Positions 37,660 through 51,423 are shown, numbered from the whole stretch's first letter. The stretch is DNA of 61,748 nt, filler included, from Sphacelaria rigidula (GCA_964200075.2; 7 parts of 7 records of this genome joined end to end with filler, not necessarily neighbours in it); one strand, 5' to 3'. Numbers and translations: made by a program. Notes: generated from the letters alone by a model not told the origin.

Positions 37660-37795
37660 TGGGGTTGTTGGCCTGTAACCATCGAAGGCGTCCGCACCAG
37701 ATGCTCAGTACAGAGTTTTTAATGTGAAGACAACAACAGCTCTTGTACTGAACGCAGATATCGGAACGGTTTTTTATGTGAAGACAACAACAGCT
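37660..37795 (+). repeat. Non-LTR retroelement-like 3' end fragments with (AAC)n tail (also ~40004-40080)
   Basis: CAGATGC(T/C)CAGTACAGAG, GCAGATAT..GGAACGGTTTT and ATGTGAAGACAACAA occur at both loci. Confidence 0.55.
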
Positions 37796-38486
37796 CTTGC
37801 TGTGGAGAGCGTGCTCGCTCCTCAACTCCTCCGGGGTTGAGAAATCTCGATCCCCTAGACAAGATCCACGAGAGTCATTCCCCGCGACGAGCAGCTTGCT
37901 AGCCTGCTAGCCTGGTTCCCAGAGAGGGGGACTCCGTAGGATCAGCAAACCGTGTTGCGCTCCGCATTGGTGAACCCGCATCCACGGCTGGAGCACTCAC
38001 ACAACCCTTGCGGTACGGAGTCTCGCGTTGGGGTCGTGGGTGTCTTCATTTTGTGCTGTTTTATATATAAATATATATATATTTGCCTCCGTATCCGTTT
38101 TGTTTTGTTTTGGATGGTCTTGCTTTGATCTTTGTACATGTACTATGTTTAATTTGCTACGGATATCGCCACGCCCGGTTAGTCTCAATCGAAATTGTAC
38201 CACCGAAGCAGTGTGAGAGCGGAAGATTCACGGTTCGAATCCCGGAATATGCATGTAAATATCTTTTTCCAGCAAGTATCTGATTTCTGACGTTGAAAAC
38301 GTGGGGATTTGAGAAGCAAAAAAAATCTTATTTGATGAGAGTCGAAGCGATGTCAGGGATTTCTGATTTGATCTGCTGTACCAAAATACAAGGCCGGTCC
38401 TGTACCGGCAAAAAAACTGGTAGATGCCGTTAAGGTTTTCGACTCGTCCCGAAAAAGGGAAAGGTGTTTTTGAGAGTATGATGCCA

Positions 38487-38840
38487 GTCGCCCCAGTGGC
38501 TCAGCGGGTAACCTCTTAACCTTCTGACTGTTGGGTCGTGGGTTTGAATCTCGGTGCAGTCACACGATCCGCGATTTTTCCCCACACGATACCCAACAGC
38601 AGAGAGCGACTATGTCGTGGGTACACAAATTCGACTTCACGATCGACGAGGGAAAGTGACCGCTGAACCCCTTTCGCGATAGGAAATAAGGCAAGCATCG
38701 CAGAAGGAAAGGGGAGAACTAGATGAAAAAAGGGGAAAACTTCTGTGTTGGCCTTCCTCCTGTGTGACCCCGGCTGATGCGCCCACATATACCGAAAGGT
38801 GTAGACTGACGTAAAGAATACGTGGCGTGACAACACATGT
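38487..38840 (+). mobile_element. tRNA-derived SINE, apparently full length
   Basis: Pol III A-box TGGCTCAGCGG (38497-38507) and B-box-like GGTTTGAATCT (38541-38551), followed by a ~270-bp body found twice more in the window (8245, 13930). Confidence 0.8.
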
Positions 38841-40659
38841 CGGAGTATATAACGAACTGTCACTCTTACAGAATCCGAGTTTTTTTTTTCTTCTTCACGT
38901 GCCGCGTTTTCTCGTCAGACTAGAACGGAGCACGCAGCGGCAAAGCTTCATCGCGGCCGAGTAAAATCGACAGTGGTGATTAATAAACTCTTGACAGAAT
39001 GGGATACCGAGCTCCGGTTCAATTGAGCTTATTTTATGTTGTTGTGTACGCGCAGTAATACGATACGAGACGGGGAGAAATGATGTGTAAACGGTGCAAA
39101 ATGAGCTATGCGTTACGCAACACACCTTTTTCTCTTGCAACCATTGACCACATATCGTTCAGGGCGTGGAACTGTGAGGAAGGAAGAGGTACAGTAGTGG
39201 ATGATGTTGGATGGTGTTGATATTGCAGACGGCGCGCTGCGTTAGTTGGAAACTGACACCCTTGCACGTACAGAAGTACCACGCGTTCTCTCCCTTTGCC
39301 CTCCATGTTGGTGTAGAGTAAGATCTCATTCCTCCTTGACACACCGGTACCCTACCTTCATGTTTTTGAAACCTCGGTGTGGGGTAACAGACGGTTACCC
39401 CGGTCCACACGAGTACCGCATCTCAATTTTCAGGGCAAATGACAGATCCAGATAACACCCGGACGTGATTCCACCAGACTCAGGTGCCTAGTGTGTGGGT
39501 AGCACAAGCCGGCCAGATTTCCAGCGACATCGTTGGCCAAAGCCACCGTATACCTGTTTCTGGCGGAAAACGGGACAGGCATACGTCGTACCTGAGTCTC
39601 GTCTGGACTCTGGATAGGCGCGCAAGTCGAGAAGTACCTACATGTATAAGGCGGAAAGGAAGGACGAGGTTGCCATCGAAGGCTTGACACTACACAGGCT
39701 TTTCCACGCACTGAACCGTTTTCGACGAGAGATGAGGACAAACAACCATACGACGTTTCCGTCGGAAGATTGGTCGCCTCGAAAGATCCGTATTCTTCGG
39801 TATACCGGGATCCTCTAGGAAGATTCATCTCCCTGTCAATTTTATTGAGCAAAGGACGCTCGGGCCCTGACGCTTGAACGGTTGATGTGATCGGGGAATG
39901 GGGGCTGGGGGATGCTAGGTGTTTGAGGTTCCAGCGTATGAGCCCCCCTGGATAGACGGAGGAAGATAGCTAAGCACGTTGCGGAAATACTCGTGCCAAT
40001 GCATCAGATGCCCAGTACAGAGTACTGCGCAGATATGGGAACGGTTTTCAATGTGAAGACAACAAAACAACGAAAACAACAGTGCGTATGTGTTCTTGTT
40101 GTGCGTGTTTCTGTGTGTGTTTTTCCGACGTCCGTAACACACACACACAGGTACTTCAGCCCAATGGCCTTCGGAGTGATGCAGCCTTCCATACCCGTCC
40201 TGGCCATGGTGAGTACTGGATCCCGTGGAGCATGACCATCGACGGTGCATAACTTTGTTTCGAACAAGTGGATCTCCATGCGTGGAATTACTGATCATCC
40301 TGACTATGAGATAGATGTGTGCTCGAAAAGTACAATAACCGGAAGGTCACCGATTGAGATACACAATGCTGCGCTAAGATCCCGGGCCGTGAGTGGTTCC
40401 TCAATGGATGATGACCGTGGTTGGGATTGAGTGGATCGGTATCGCGCGGGGAGCAAATGTTTTGAGAAAGAGCCGGTCCGTACGTTGCATCCTTCCCGTT
40501 TGGAAAGTCTTGGAGTGGATCATGACGCTGCACCGTGCTTGTAGTTGTTGTGTGGTGTACAGGAGTTGCGTCGGATGTTTTTTTTCCGTGTTTCGGTGGA
40601 TTGGTTGTTGCACATTCTTCCATTAATCCGTTGCAAATCCAGCGAGGTACGTTGACCTC

Positions 40660-40981
40660 AACTGGTTCGCAAATTCCATGGTTGGACACACACACATATA
40701 TATATATATACACACATTGTTAACTCATAATGCTAATGGCAGCCCTAGCCCCCAACCCAAGGGATACAAAGAATCCTAAGGCAAGGGGAATGCAGTCGGT
40801 TGCCTAGACAGAGTTTTCCTTGGCAGAGGTCAGGTTGGCGCCTACGGGACTCACGTGGGGAAATAAGCGGTCTGCGCACGCTGGCGGACACCTGGGACTG
40901 TCAACTCCGAAATATTCGAATACGATCGCCTGCACTGAAACCGAATGTATGTGTTTAACCGTGGGAATTTGTCGATCAGTT
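40660..40981 (+). mobile_element. Telomere-repeat-core MITE, copy E
   Basis: Imperfect TIR AACTGGTTCGCAAATTCCATGGTT / AACCGTGGGAATTTGTCGATCAGTT; CCCTAGCCCCCAACCC, GAATCCTAAGGCAAGGGGAATGCA, GGCGCCTACGG, GGGACTGTCAAC. Confidence 0.7.
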
Positions 40982-41356
40982 CGCGAAGGCTTTGCTGAAT
41001 CCAGCCGTGGTCACATGATAGATATACCGTAGCGAAGGTGGGCGGAAATGATTGATTCCTTGAAGGAAGCTCGGGAAAGGGGGAACATGCAGGGGGAATG
41101 AGAGACAAGTAGAGCAGGAATAAATTACAAAAAAACGAAGGAGGCGAAATGTCGCGAGAAAACGCCTCTCTGAGATGTAGTGCCAGTCCCGAGATAACAA
41201 CGCCCGACGTTCCCTGTCAGGCCTGTCAGGTGAGGGGGTCATACAAAACGCAAGGCAGTGGAAGTATGTTGCGACTCAACTGTGTGGGGGGCTGCACCAT
41301 GTGAGCAGGCACAATCACCCGCCAGCTCTGCAGCGGCGAGGCACGAAGACTACGAA

Positions 41357-41390
<34 letters not shown>

Positions 41391-41589
41391 AGAGAGAGAG
41401 ATGGAGAAACAGAAGATAACGGATCTAGAATAAAAAATAAGCAAGGGAATGCGCCCCCAAACATAACAAGAAACGACGGAGGACCAGAAGCGGGGAGAAA
41501 AAATATGGAAGGGAACCAAGGCAAAAAAAAACGAGGAGAAACGTGTAACGTGAAGGGAAATAGAGCTGCTGTACAGGCTGATTCAGGCA

Positions 41590-42285
41590 TATCACCCAAA
41601 AAACACCCATCGGCAGAACCTCACGCCGTTTCAAGGAGTTAGATTCCGAAATTTTGCACAAATGTTCTATGGGGCATTACCCAACTTTCTAAGGTCGAGG
41701 TTTTTCGACTTTTTGACTTTTTCACTGTTTTTCGGGGGTTCCAGTTTTTTGCGGGAAACATCGATCTAATCGGACCCCCGTAAAATGTAAAGAAAACAAA
41801 ACTAAAAAAAACCTCGTTCATACAAGGTTGCATAATGACCCATAGCACAGCTGTGCGATTTTTTAGGGTCTAAATCATTGAAACTGCGTGAGGTTTTTCT
41901 TTTTTGTGCGATGAACTTTGACGTGCCGTGGTGAAACCGCAAACTACTTGATTTTAGTACCGAAACGGCGTTTTTGGGCCTTCTTTGACGTGAACATAAA
42001 AACTCAAGCATCAGTTGATCGAGTTTTGCGACAAAGGTTTGTGAGATCCTTCCTCCGATTATGCAGGTACAGCTCGCTCACGAAAAATTGAAAATGAGTA
42101 TCGTCTTGTCGGTTTTCTCGGATCCCAAAATGTAGACTACTTCGAAAACCAGGTGGACCCCTGTCGGACCCCCATAAAACGGTAAAAACCTCAAGAAGTA
42201 AAAAAATATGATCCATAGAAAGTTGCGTAATGACACATAGCATATTTTTGCAAAGTTTCAGGATCTAACTCCCAACAACGGCGGC
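41590..42285. repeat. Second copy of the 9905-10380 inverted-arm repeat, with an additional arm
   Basis: Shared AAAAAACAC(G/C)CATCGGCA(A/G)AACCTC(G/A)CGCCGTTTC and TCAAGCATCAGTTGATCGAGTTTTGCGAC. Confidence 0.8.
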
Positions 42286-43496
42286 CAGAATGATATAATG
42301 TATGCGACTATTGGGTAGGTGTTGCGAAAGGCATTTGCTGATGACCCATTTTTGGGTAAAGAGTGTGAACCAGCCAAGAAGAGATTTTCACAAGCAACGA
42401 TAACAATGCAGGGGTATCAGTTTCGTGTCACCCTCCTCCCCCACTCCTTCACTCATCCCTTTTCAGGGGCAAAGCGGGCCGTTGTCTCCATCGGTTCCAT
42501 GCTGAATTCCTCACGGGGTGTTTCTGCTGCTGTTTTACCTGTGGCGGCGGTGCTACGCGGCACTACTGGCGGCTCTCAACGTATCGGTCCCTTATTTGCG
42601 ACGTGAAGGAGACCCACTAAGTTCTTGGCGTCGCCACGCCTCCTCGAAGTCCTTCGCCCCCTTCTCGACCTTTTGGTGCCATCGTCCTCGTTTCGAACAT
42701 GGATGGAAAATAATAACAGGTCGAAGAATACCCCCGCCGTTCGAACCTGTTTTATACACTGTTTGCAACACGATTCCTCCACCCTCTCCTCGGATACACA
42801 CGCACACACAGTGGCATGCATCTGTATATCCTTTATCACAATGAATGCGACTCATTATTTTAATCACTATTTATTATCATTATCAAACTCACTATTAGCC
42901 TGAATGTCTCGCCGCTCCATACTGAAATCAAATCAATCGTGCCCGCTTCATTTCCATACTTTATCCAAATCAAAAATGATCTTTTATGCAACAGTAGTTT
43001 ACACTTCGTAACCACAAGCATGCCGAAATGTATGGCCAGTAAGTAACGGTTCTTCCGGCCGTGGAAACCAAAGCCGTTCAGCGTCAGTAAATCACTGCAT
43101 TACGGCCGTCGGAAAATACAACCAGCCATAATTGCAATAAAAAAAACGGCCGACCGTGACTGCATCGGAAGGAACTCATTCGTTGTGTACAATACGCCCT
43201 TGTGTCCAGGTGCCAACGTAACCTCCGCCGTTCAGGGAAACGATGAATTATTACTCTGGTGTCCAGCCGTTAAGGGAAACGTTTAATCATGGCGAGAAAA
43301 AATGTCAACCATTTGACCGTTAACGGTTAACACTTTGTCGTATACGACCCAACCCGTCAGTCTATACGTGTCTGGAGACCACATGTAGAGCAAAATGTCC
43401 AGCGAAAATGTCGAACAGCCACACACCTGTGGTAGTAGCGTCGATCTCTCTGCGAACTCCACTCCTGGAAGTGGAACAGATGAGGAGACACAAAAC

Positions 43497-43778
43497 TATC
43501 ATTATCGTCATCATTGGTATCATTATTATTATCATTATATCCGTCACATTAGCTCGATCTCTGAAACCCGTGGTCACAGAGTGGAAGGAGCTTACCATCC
43601 ATACCCACTAGTCAAACAGCCCGCAGAGGAAGGCGAGAAATAAAATACCTGCACGAAAAAAGCCACCTACGCCACGAAAGATCCGTGAAAGGCTGGTTGA
43701 ACTCCAGAAGATCTAGTGGAAGCTTGAATGTCCCGGCGTGCGACCTCTCCGTCTAGCTTGCCACGTACTGGTGTATCA
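43497..43778 (-). mobile_element. Non-LTR retroelement 3' fragment with (TAA)n/(TGA)n-like tail
   Basis: Homologous to 58283-58548 (TATCCGTCACATTAGCTCGATCT..ACCCGTGGTCACAGAGTG..TTGCCACGTACTGGTGTAT), abutting (ATT/ATC)n tracts. Confidence 0.65.
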
Positions 43779-44198
43779 TGCACGACATTCATGTGGATCA
43801 TTGACCTGGTTCGAGGCGGTCATCTTCGGTTTTTTGTGCTACAAGCTGGTTCAGATTGAACGCACAGAATTTTGACCCCGGGAATTCCTCACGCCGTTTT
43901 TCCGAGTTAGACCACGAAATTTTGCACACATATTCTGGAAGGCAGTGTCTTAAACTTGAAGAGTTTTTATTAATTCATTTGGGGCTTCGCTCTCGAGATA
44001 GCCGGGATCTGACCCCCCGCGCCCGCTCGCGCCCGGCCCAGCCCGCCGCCAACGGTGCCGCGCCGGGACCCGCGCCCCNNNNNNNNNNNNNNNNNNNNNN
44101 NNNNNNNNNNNNNNNNNNNNNNTTAATTAATTAANNNNNNNNNNNNNNNNNNNNNNNNNNNNNNNNNNNNNNNNNNNNGAAAATGACTGAAAATGATG

Positions 44199-44255
44199 CC
44201 GATTCACCAAAACAAAAATCAGCACTCCCTGGGGGTCTAGTTCCCAAAGGGTTAA
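44199..44255. mobile_element. Possible piggyBac-type terminus (..AAGGG|TTAA), other end in gap
   Basis: GGGGGTCTAGTTCCCAAAGGGTTAA. Similar AAGGGTTAA ends at ~15965-15973 and ~56676-56684. No partner TIR found. Confidence 0.35.
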
Positions 44256-44586
44256 CACGAAGTTTCATTCTTTATATACTTTTTATTTTTTATTTTTCAT
44301 TAATTAGTTGATTTATTTATTCATGTATGGGATTTAGTAATCCCCCCCCGAAAACACCTAGGATTCAAAACATCGGCACAGGGCCTCGCATTTTGTTTTT
44401 GGGCACTCCTGGGTAGCAGACCTACGATGTGAGAGCTCGAAGCGGTAGGAGGTGTCACGTTGCCGTTTGTCGCGGCAAAATCCGAGTTGGACATGCCTCT
44501 CTACTAGTGTGTGCTCAATATACGTGAACGCGCGGTCGATATGACAAAAGTCGGAACTGCAGGAGCCACGCCTTAACTTTTGTTTT

Positions 44587-44845
44587 GACACTTTCTACGA
44601 TAGCTCCCCCCCCCCAAAACGTGACTGGTTTGAGGAGGCAAAATCTTCATGGAAATTGAAATGGAAAAAGTCGAGCACAACGAGCAGGTGGGAGTTCCCA
44701 CTCTTGGGCTCGTTCTCGCCGATGTCGCCCATATGAGGCGCTTCATGCAGCCTGAACCCAAACATCAGGTGCTGTATGACCATTTGTTTCATGGCACTTT
44801 TGGGCTGGTTCTGGGGGGGGGGGAGAGGCTATCGTAGAAAGTGTC
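44587..44845. mobile_element. 259-bp MITE with 18-bp TIRs, MULE-like
   Basis: GACACTTTCTACGATAGC / GCTATCGTAGAAAGTGTC. Flanks TTTTGTTTT and TTTTGTGGT could be a 9-bp TSD with 2 mismatches. Confidence 0.8.
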
Positions 44846-46601
44846 TTTTGTGGTATTAAAAATTCTTATTCACGTTATATCTACATGCTGACTAACGCGG
44901 CGAGCCTGCACTTTCTTCTCTTGCGCACCGCACCCCCTGTGCTAAATCATCCCACGATTGTTTCGAGGAGCGCCACGACTTAAGAGTCGGACTCCTCACA
45001 CGCAGTTCATGCTGACGGGGGTTTTCACCGCGTCATACGTTGTGTTTTCCCCGGGCGTAGGGCAACGAGAGCACAACAAAGCGGCGTGGGTCGCCAAACC
45101 TAGAGGTTCCGCGCGAGCAGAGGTGCCGTAGCAGCGGGGCTGTATCTGCGCTGACTTTCAACGAACACGCGGAAAACAGCGACGAGTGTGGGGCCAGCCC
45201 CAGGAGCGTGACGAGCGCCGACGTTGAAGGGTACCCCTTCGGAGCTGGACGAATAGTGAGTCGGTCGATGTATACGAATTGGCCTGCGTGTGTACGTGTG
45301 TGTATGCATTCATGCCTATTCAAGACGTAGAGAAAAACACCAATAGTACGATTCAGGCGCCATGCGAGGCTACAGAGAAGCCCATTGCTAGGTACAGTAA
45401 GCTGCAAATATTATCTGTTCGGCAACATGGAATTAGGTCATTGATTATGAAAGGATTGATTTGCCCGTATCAAGCAATTGTTTTTTTCTTGGATAATATG
45501 CAGGGGCGGCGTAAAAATCCCGATGACCATTTGCAGTACTCCAACACGACACGGTAAGCACATGTACAGTAATCGGTGAGTATGGTACGCACAATTATGT
45601 AGAGGTGGGGCGATACGTGTATGTTCAAGTATGCCGACTATCGATACAGTACGCACCATATGGGCAGCGCTACACGGTCGTTTATGCTCACCCGAAGCGA
45701 GTCAATGAGCACGCTCTATGCAGACAGATACTAGGGGTGTACCATTACGTACTACTTCGAAGAGACTTCTCGTGTTGTTGACTGCCATTGCAATCAGTAC
45801 AGTGCACTGCGGCATAATACATTGCATGGATGGTGACTACGCAAATATAGGTCGGAATCGTGCTGAATAATACAACGTACTTTGCGGTGTAGTTCACGGT
45901 CAGCCGTTCCTCCTGCTACGTATGCGCTGCCAGGGGAGGTCGGGGCGGGCGTCAGTACGGCATTGGTGTCCATGCTCGCCGATCCCCCCTCACGCGAATA
46001 CAGCATACGTGCTACAAGTTTTATGTTTGCATGGTATCGTGTGGACGCGCGCTTCGTGATGCAGTACATGTTTCCAAGCAGCTCCGAGCCATGCTACAGA
46101 GAGAATTGCCGTCACGCAGAGGGGACAGCTCCTCGGTGACAACGACAACGCATACATTCAGGCACTCATCTCGTAGACGCTTGATGCCAATTCTTCTTAT
46201 TTCCCGCTCGAATAGAGGAAAGAAGACTTGGCTGCCAGCTTTCCACTAGATCCCCGTCCCGCGCACCGGACTCGTCAAGCCTGGTCCGGAACGTGTGAAG
46301 AGAAAGCTGTTGGAGAACCAGAGAGACAGCACGAAAGTCGTGCTCAGATTGACGTGAGAGGTAGCGTATAACAGAGCGCGGGGGGGGGAATACGGATGCT
46401 CGGGTAACGTTTTGTGCGTAGGCCGCGTGGAGCTGTGACTATGATGCGTCTATAAAGGGATGGCGGATGGCTGAATCCGAATAGAGATGATGTCGAGTTC
46501 GAATGTCTCGATTGTTTGATGATACAGTGTGCTAATCATACCATCTGCCTTTTTCCCGCCGTCTGAATTTCGCCGCCTCACGGCGTCGTCTTGTTCGGCA
46601 G

Positions 46602-49600
46602 GAATCGTGCACAAGCTCGAACCTCCTGAGGGTTATTTTCGAGCAAAACACGGCATTACTTGAACTGGTGAGCAAGTTGTCCAGCGTATAGATCGGCAAG
46701 GAGAACGGTAGGGCACAGAAGTGGACGGAAGGGAGGGGGAGCTCCAGCTACTCACACTATCACCGTCAATATAACTGAATAGGGGTGTAGTGCAGACAAA
46801 TAGTGCACAAAGTTCGAAGTTTGCTTGATTGTTAGCAGATCAGTATCTTCGGCCCACCAAGACCCATGACAACATGGGCAGTTTCACCGCGGGTCATGTT
46901 TCCACCTGAGACGGGGTATAGCTATGAAATGAAGCCTGAGGGCGCATCTAGTGTGGGATAAGTGAAAGCTAGTATATCTAAGCAGCTGCCGGAACCCGAA
47001 CAAATGACTTAGTAAGCTCTAGGAAGGAGTCCGAACTTTAGGAATGAGTCCATGCCTGCAAATCACAACTCAGCAAACGGATAAGATGAACCTGAAAGCA
47101 TGGTAACGTCGCGCGTTCTGTCCTAAAACCCGATGATCGACACAGTACCGAGAAAAGTATCCCGATCATGGTTTGAGCACTCTGCTCTGCTATGTACGAC
47201 GCGGGTTCGCGACCGCTCGCTCTGTTTGTTTCGATTTCAGGTCTCGTCCCTTGAACGTAAAGCGGGCGTTGCGCCTAAGACACAGAATGCGTCGAATGAT
47301 CCGGTCAGCAGCGCAGCAGTCAAGCCGCTGGATCCTATGTCAACACTCCCGCCGTCGGATATTGCGAAGCGTTCCGGAAAGATCAACGCGGCAGCCGGAA
47401 CAGCAAAGGTATCAATGGCGGCGGCACAACATGCATCAGCTTCACGAACGGTAACATCAGCAACATCCGAGACGCCGCCCGCCAGTGGAGTAGGGGGACG
47501 TGGAACAGGAGGCGTAGGAAGTGCTGGAGAGGGAAGGTTGGTCTCGCCGTCTTCAGCTGCGGCTGCTGCAAGCACAACCTCACAACAGGTGCGAGCGATA
47601 TGTGCGGGTATGGGGGGGGGGGGGGGCGTCCCCATTTTTTGCTTGCCTTAGTCGTTTGACCATTGACCACGCATCCCTTTCGAGACGGAGCACCGTCGTG
47701 TGCGGGTATGGGGTGGCTGATCCGGGTGTTTTCGCGGCCGGCCTTTGCTGGAGTGTTATCGAGGCCTTACGGATGCCTTGACTGTTCGTAACGTGGACGA
47801 AGATTTTCAGGACAGAATGTTGCTTAAGAAAGTGTGACCACGCGGGGTAGTTCGTTCCCTAAGGCTTAGCGCCTTGAGAATTAGGTTGATCTGCATGGAA
47901 GTTGCATGTCTCCGGAAAAAAATCATCCCCAATACACGCCGCCATACTTCATTCAGGCACTACCCCGTACACTGAATATGGATCCTTACAAAAGCGGAAA
48001 AGCGCTGTACGGTACTCGCAGAAAGTATGCCTTGCATACTAAAGGTCTGAGACCTTTTGCAGGGATACCTACCTTTATACTTCATTTTGGTCCATCTTCT
48101 GTACGTTCTTTCTGCTACTCAGACGAGGTTTAAAACCGCGTTTCCCCCATGTACCTGGTGAGGGTACCTACAATGGTTACGAAGTTTGACTGCCACCGCA
48201 CGCAATCGGCAGTGAATTCGTGGTACGAACGTTTCCTAGTTTCCACCCTTGGAATGGTATGTTTGTCGGGTCCATACACCTCTTCCAGGTCCTGGTAATC
48301 CGCGTGTCGCTGTCCCGTTGAAACATAAAAAAGGTTCTTGGCACCGCCGCGCAAAGTGAAGCGTCCGCGACGTCGATTGCTTCTGCCGAATCAGCGGCAT
48401 CAAATCGTACACCTGACGACAGTTCGGGCGGGTCGGATCCGCTTCTTCGAAAACTTGGCGATATGGTAGATCAGATCAAAGAGGAGTTGGAGAATGCAAA
48501 GGTGGAAGTTTCCCATGTGGAGTCGGAGCTGCGGATGCTGAGGGAAGAGAATATATCGCTGGCGGGAAAGTGAGTGGCAGTGAAGCACGCGTCAACCCTC
48601 TCTTGCTGATGGGGTACAATGGTGATCTCTATTCGCGCCTCGTGAGAATTCTCAATAACCACGGATAAGGCACTTGCTGCGGGCGGTTTTCGACTTCGAA
48701 AATGTTGAGCCAAGGAATGTCGTTGCCATAATGTCCCGACGTAACGCATACACATCGGCAGGATGGTATCGGGAGAATGGCATTCATACTCGCCGATTAG
48801 AGTGCCGTAGGATTGCCAGTATGGATATGACGTGTCTTGCAGCGCACATATAAAGAAGCGGTGCAGTTTGGAGGTGGATATGCTCCCCGCAGCCTTCCTC
48901 GCCAGTTTGTTGTTTTTCACATGGACCAGTTGTCGCCTTTCAATTGAGCTGGCTGGCCAGCATAACATGTCTGGTAGGTTTCGAATTGTTTCATGTAGCG
49001 ATGACGTCTTACCCCCAACATATCTTCCTCGGGTACCCAGTATACCACTTGCTTTGCTGCTATGAGCTGGGATCAAAAACGTCTATTTTGTTTTTGCAGG
49101 TTGAGCGTAGGCAGGAAGGAGACGGCTTCCCTGCATGCTCGCCTCGAGGCGGAGCGGGAGAAAAACAAGGCGATTTCTCAAGCTAACATTTCGTTACAGA
49201 GGAAACTGAAACAGCAGCAAGAGCTATCTCGACAGGGAGCCCAACAATCACTCAAGGTATCGCCTAGGCCTGGTGCCCCCCCTGGCCAACAAGAATCCAA
49301 AAGTATCAGCTTACAGCAGCAAAGATCGTTTCAATCTCCGCAAAATCAGCAACTTTCGTCCCGGCAGCAAACACAGCAGCAGCAGCAGCAGCAGCAGCGA
49401 CAACAACAACAGCAACTGCAACCGCATCAAGCTCAATCACAACAGCAACAGCAACCGCAACCGCACCAGGCTCAGCCCCAACAGCCCCGACTACAGGTAC
49501 AACAGCAGCAACGACCAGATCAACATCAGCGGCAAAACGTGTATCCAACAAGTTCCAGTCCTGCTGACACTATTGGCCAAATGCCAAGGGGTGTGCCGGG

Positions 49601-51392
49601 AGGGAAAATGAGGCGTTTGGACAGCGGCATGCCGATAAATACACGCCACCATCTTACCCCTGCAACAATGCCAATATTGCACGAACAACCACAACCAATA
49701 CGCCAACAACGAGTACCGCAACAAGTACCACAACACATACTGCAGCAGCAGCAGCAGCAGCAGTCACCCACATCGCGTTCGCCACCACCACATGGTCTAG
49801 GGCTGAGAGAACGAGACGATTCATTTAGACACGAACAGCAGCTCCCGATACCGCGTTCAAGCGGAGGACAAATAGCACAGGGGCAGCGGCAAGAAACCCG
49901 CAACGGTTGTGTTGAACAACAGCCACTAATCCAGGTGCCCCCACAGTGGTACCAGACGGAGGGTCAACGGGACGAACAGCATTCATTCCTGTCGACGCTC
50001 CCTGTGCCAAATCCAGAAGTCCAGATGGACCAAGAAACGAGAGACTTGCTTCTCGGAGATCGGCAGCAACGTCAGCATGAGGAACCACCTGTGAATAGTC
50101 AGAACCAGCGCTCAAATGTGCACGCCGGCGCTGCTGCGGGTGAGGGCGGAAGTAGCCCCTTTCATTCGGGGAACCTGAGCAGCAGTCAGAATGTCACTCA
50201 CAACAGTCAGCAACCTTTCGCTGCGGGTAAAACATGCGCAGGGTTGCCACCGGCTGTTACGCTAGTGCCAGAAACCCCGGAAAGGCGGCCGTCCCTTGTA
50301 CTGTCCCCTTCGTCTCAACGGCCACCGGACTACGTAGCGCAGCAAAATCGACCGTTGCCTGTTTTGTCTCCGTCACATCAACAACCTCTGGATCCAGCGG
50401 CACAACAGCCTTACTCCTCGCATTCGCCACACGAACAGCTGGCGCTGCAGTTCACTCCTAATACGGGGGAAGCGGGGAGACTGGGGTTGGGATCGACTTC
50501 TTCTCCAGACTGCTGGCGGCGCCCGTCGGCGCCTCCAGGGTGGGCACAGCACCGGCAGCATGTAGACCACCTGAGCACTTTTTGCAGCCTTCAACAACAG
50601 CAACAGCCGGTACGAGAAAACAAATGTCAACATACGTGATACCCGGGAATAGCGGAATCCAGTCGATGTACACTACTGTGTAGGAGGGATGTACACAGTG
50701 CGCGCATGTTCTCACGTCGCACTCTTGAAATGTAGAAGTAGAGAGGCAAGACGTTTCACAGGTAGACCACAGCACGGTTTCAAACGAAAAAGACAGCGAT
50801 ATACACCCTTATTTAGCTGTTTCTCTAATGCGACGATCTTACGTGGCGATACCAACAAGATATGTCACTCAAGGATCCATATAAAAGAGGTACTTGTACT
50901 CGGAATCTCGGGTTAGATTTGTGCTACTATCCGACTACCCGAACCGTGACAAGTTGTCCCGCTAATTTGCTACCAGAGTAAAAACTCACACAATGCAAGC
51001 AGCCAGGCTGTGCATATTTCCAACATTGGGCTGAGGCAAAAAGGGTGCACGGGGAAGTCTCTGCCTTATGTGATTGGTTCGGGGTAACGCGATTGAGCGA
51101 CAGTCGAGGTGACGTCATCGCCGGCACGAAATTACAGCAAGTCTGTTCAGATCCTTCGCATTTTAGTACCGTTTGACGGCGCGATTGAGACTTCTTCCGT
51201 ATGCATACCCTCTGGCTCGCAACCATACGTCTACAGTACCGGGAAACAATCCCAGCATGATGCGCCGACCCTGTTGAACATTAGCGCGCCAACTACTTAC
51301 GATACTCGTAAATGTTCTTCTGCGTTCGTTCGCAGCACGCTTCACCGAACCTGAAGCAGCTACAGCAGCAGCAACATCAGCAACACCTACAG

Positions 51393-51423
<31 letters not shown>

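Noticed and set aside
38487-38562. Functional tRNA gene
   Set aside because: No clean acceptor or anticodon stems by eye, and it is fused to a dispersed repeat body; better explained as a SINE head.
39390-40530. Minus-strand multi-exon gene fragments
   Set aside because: Splice-like sites exist, but there is no recognisable product and no consistent model.
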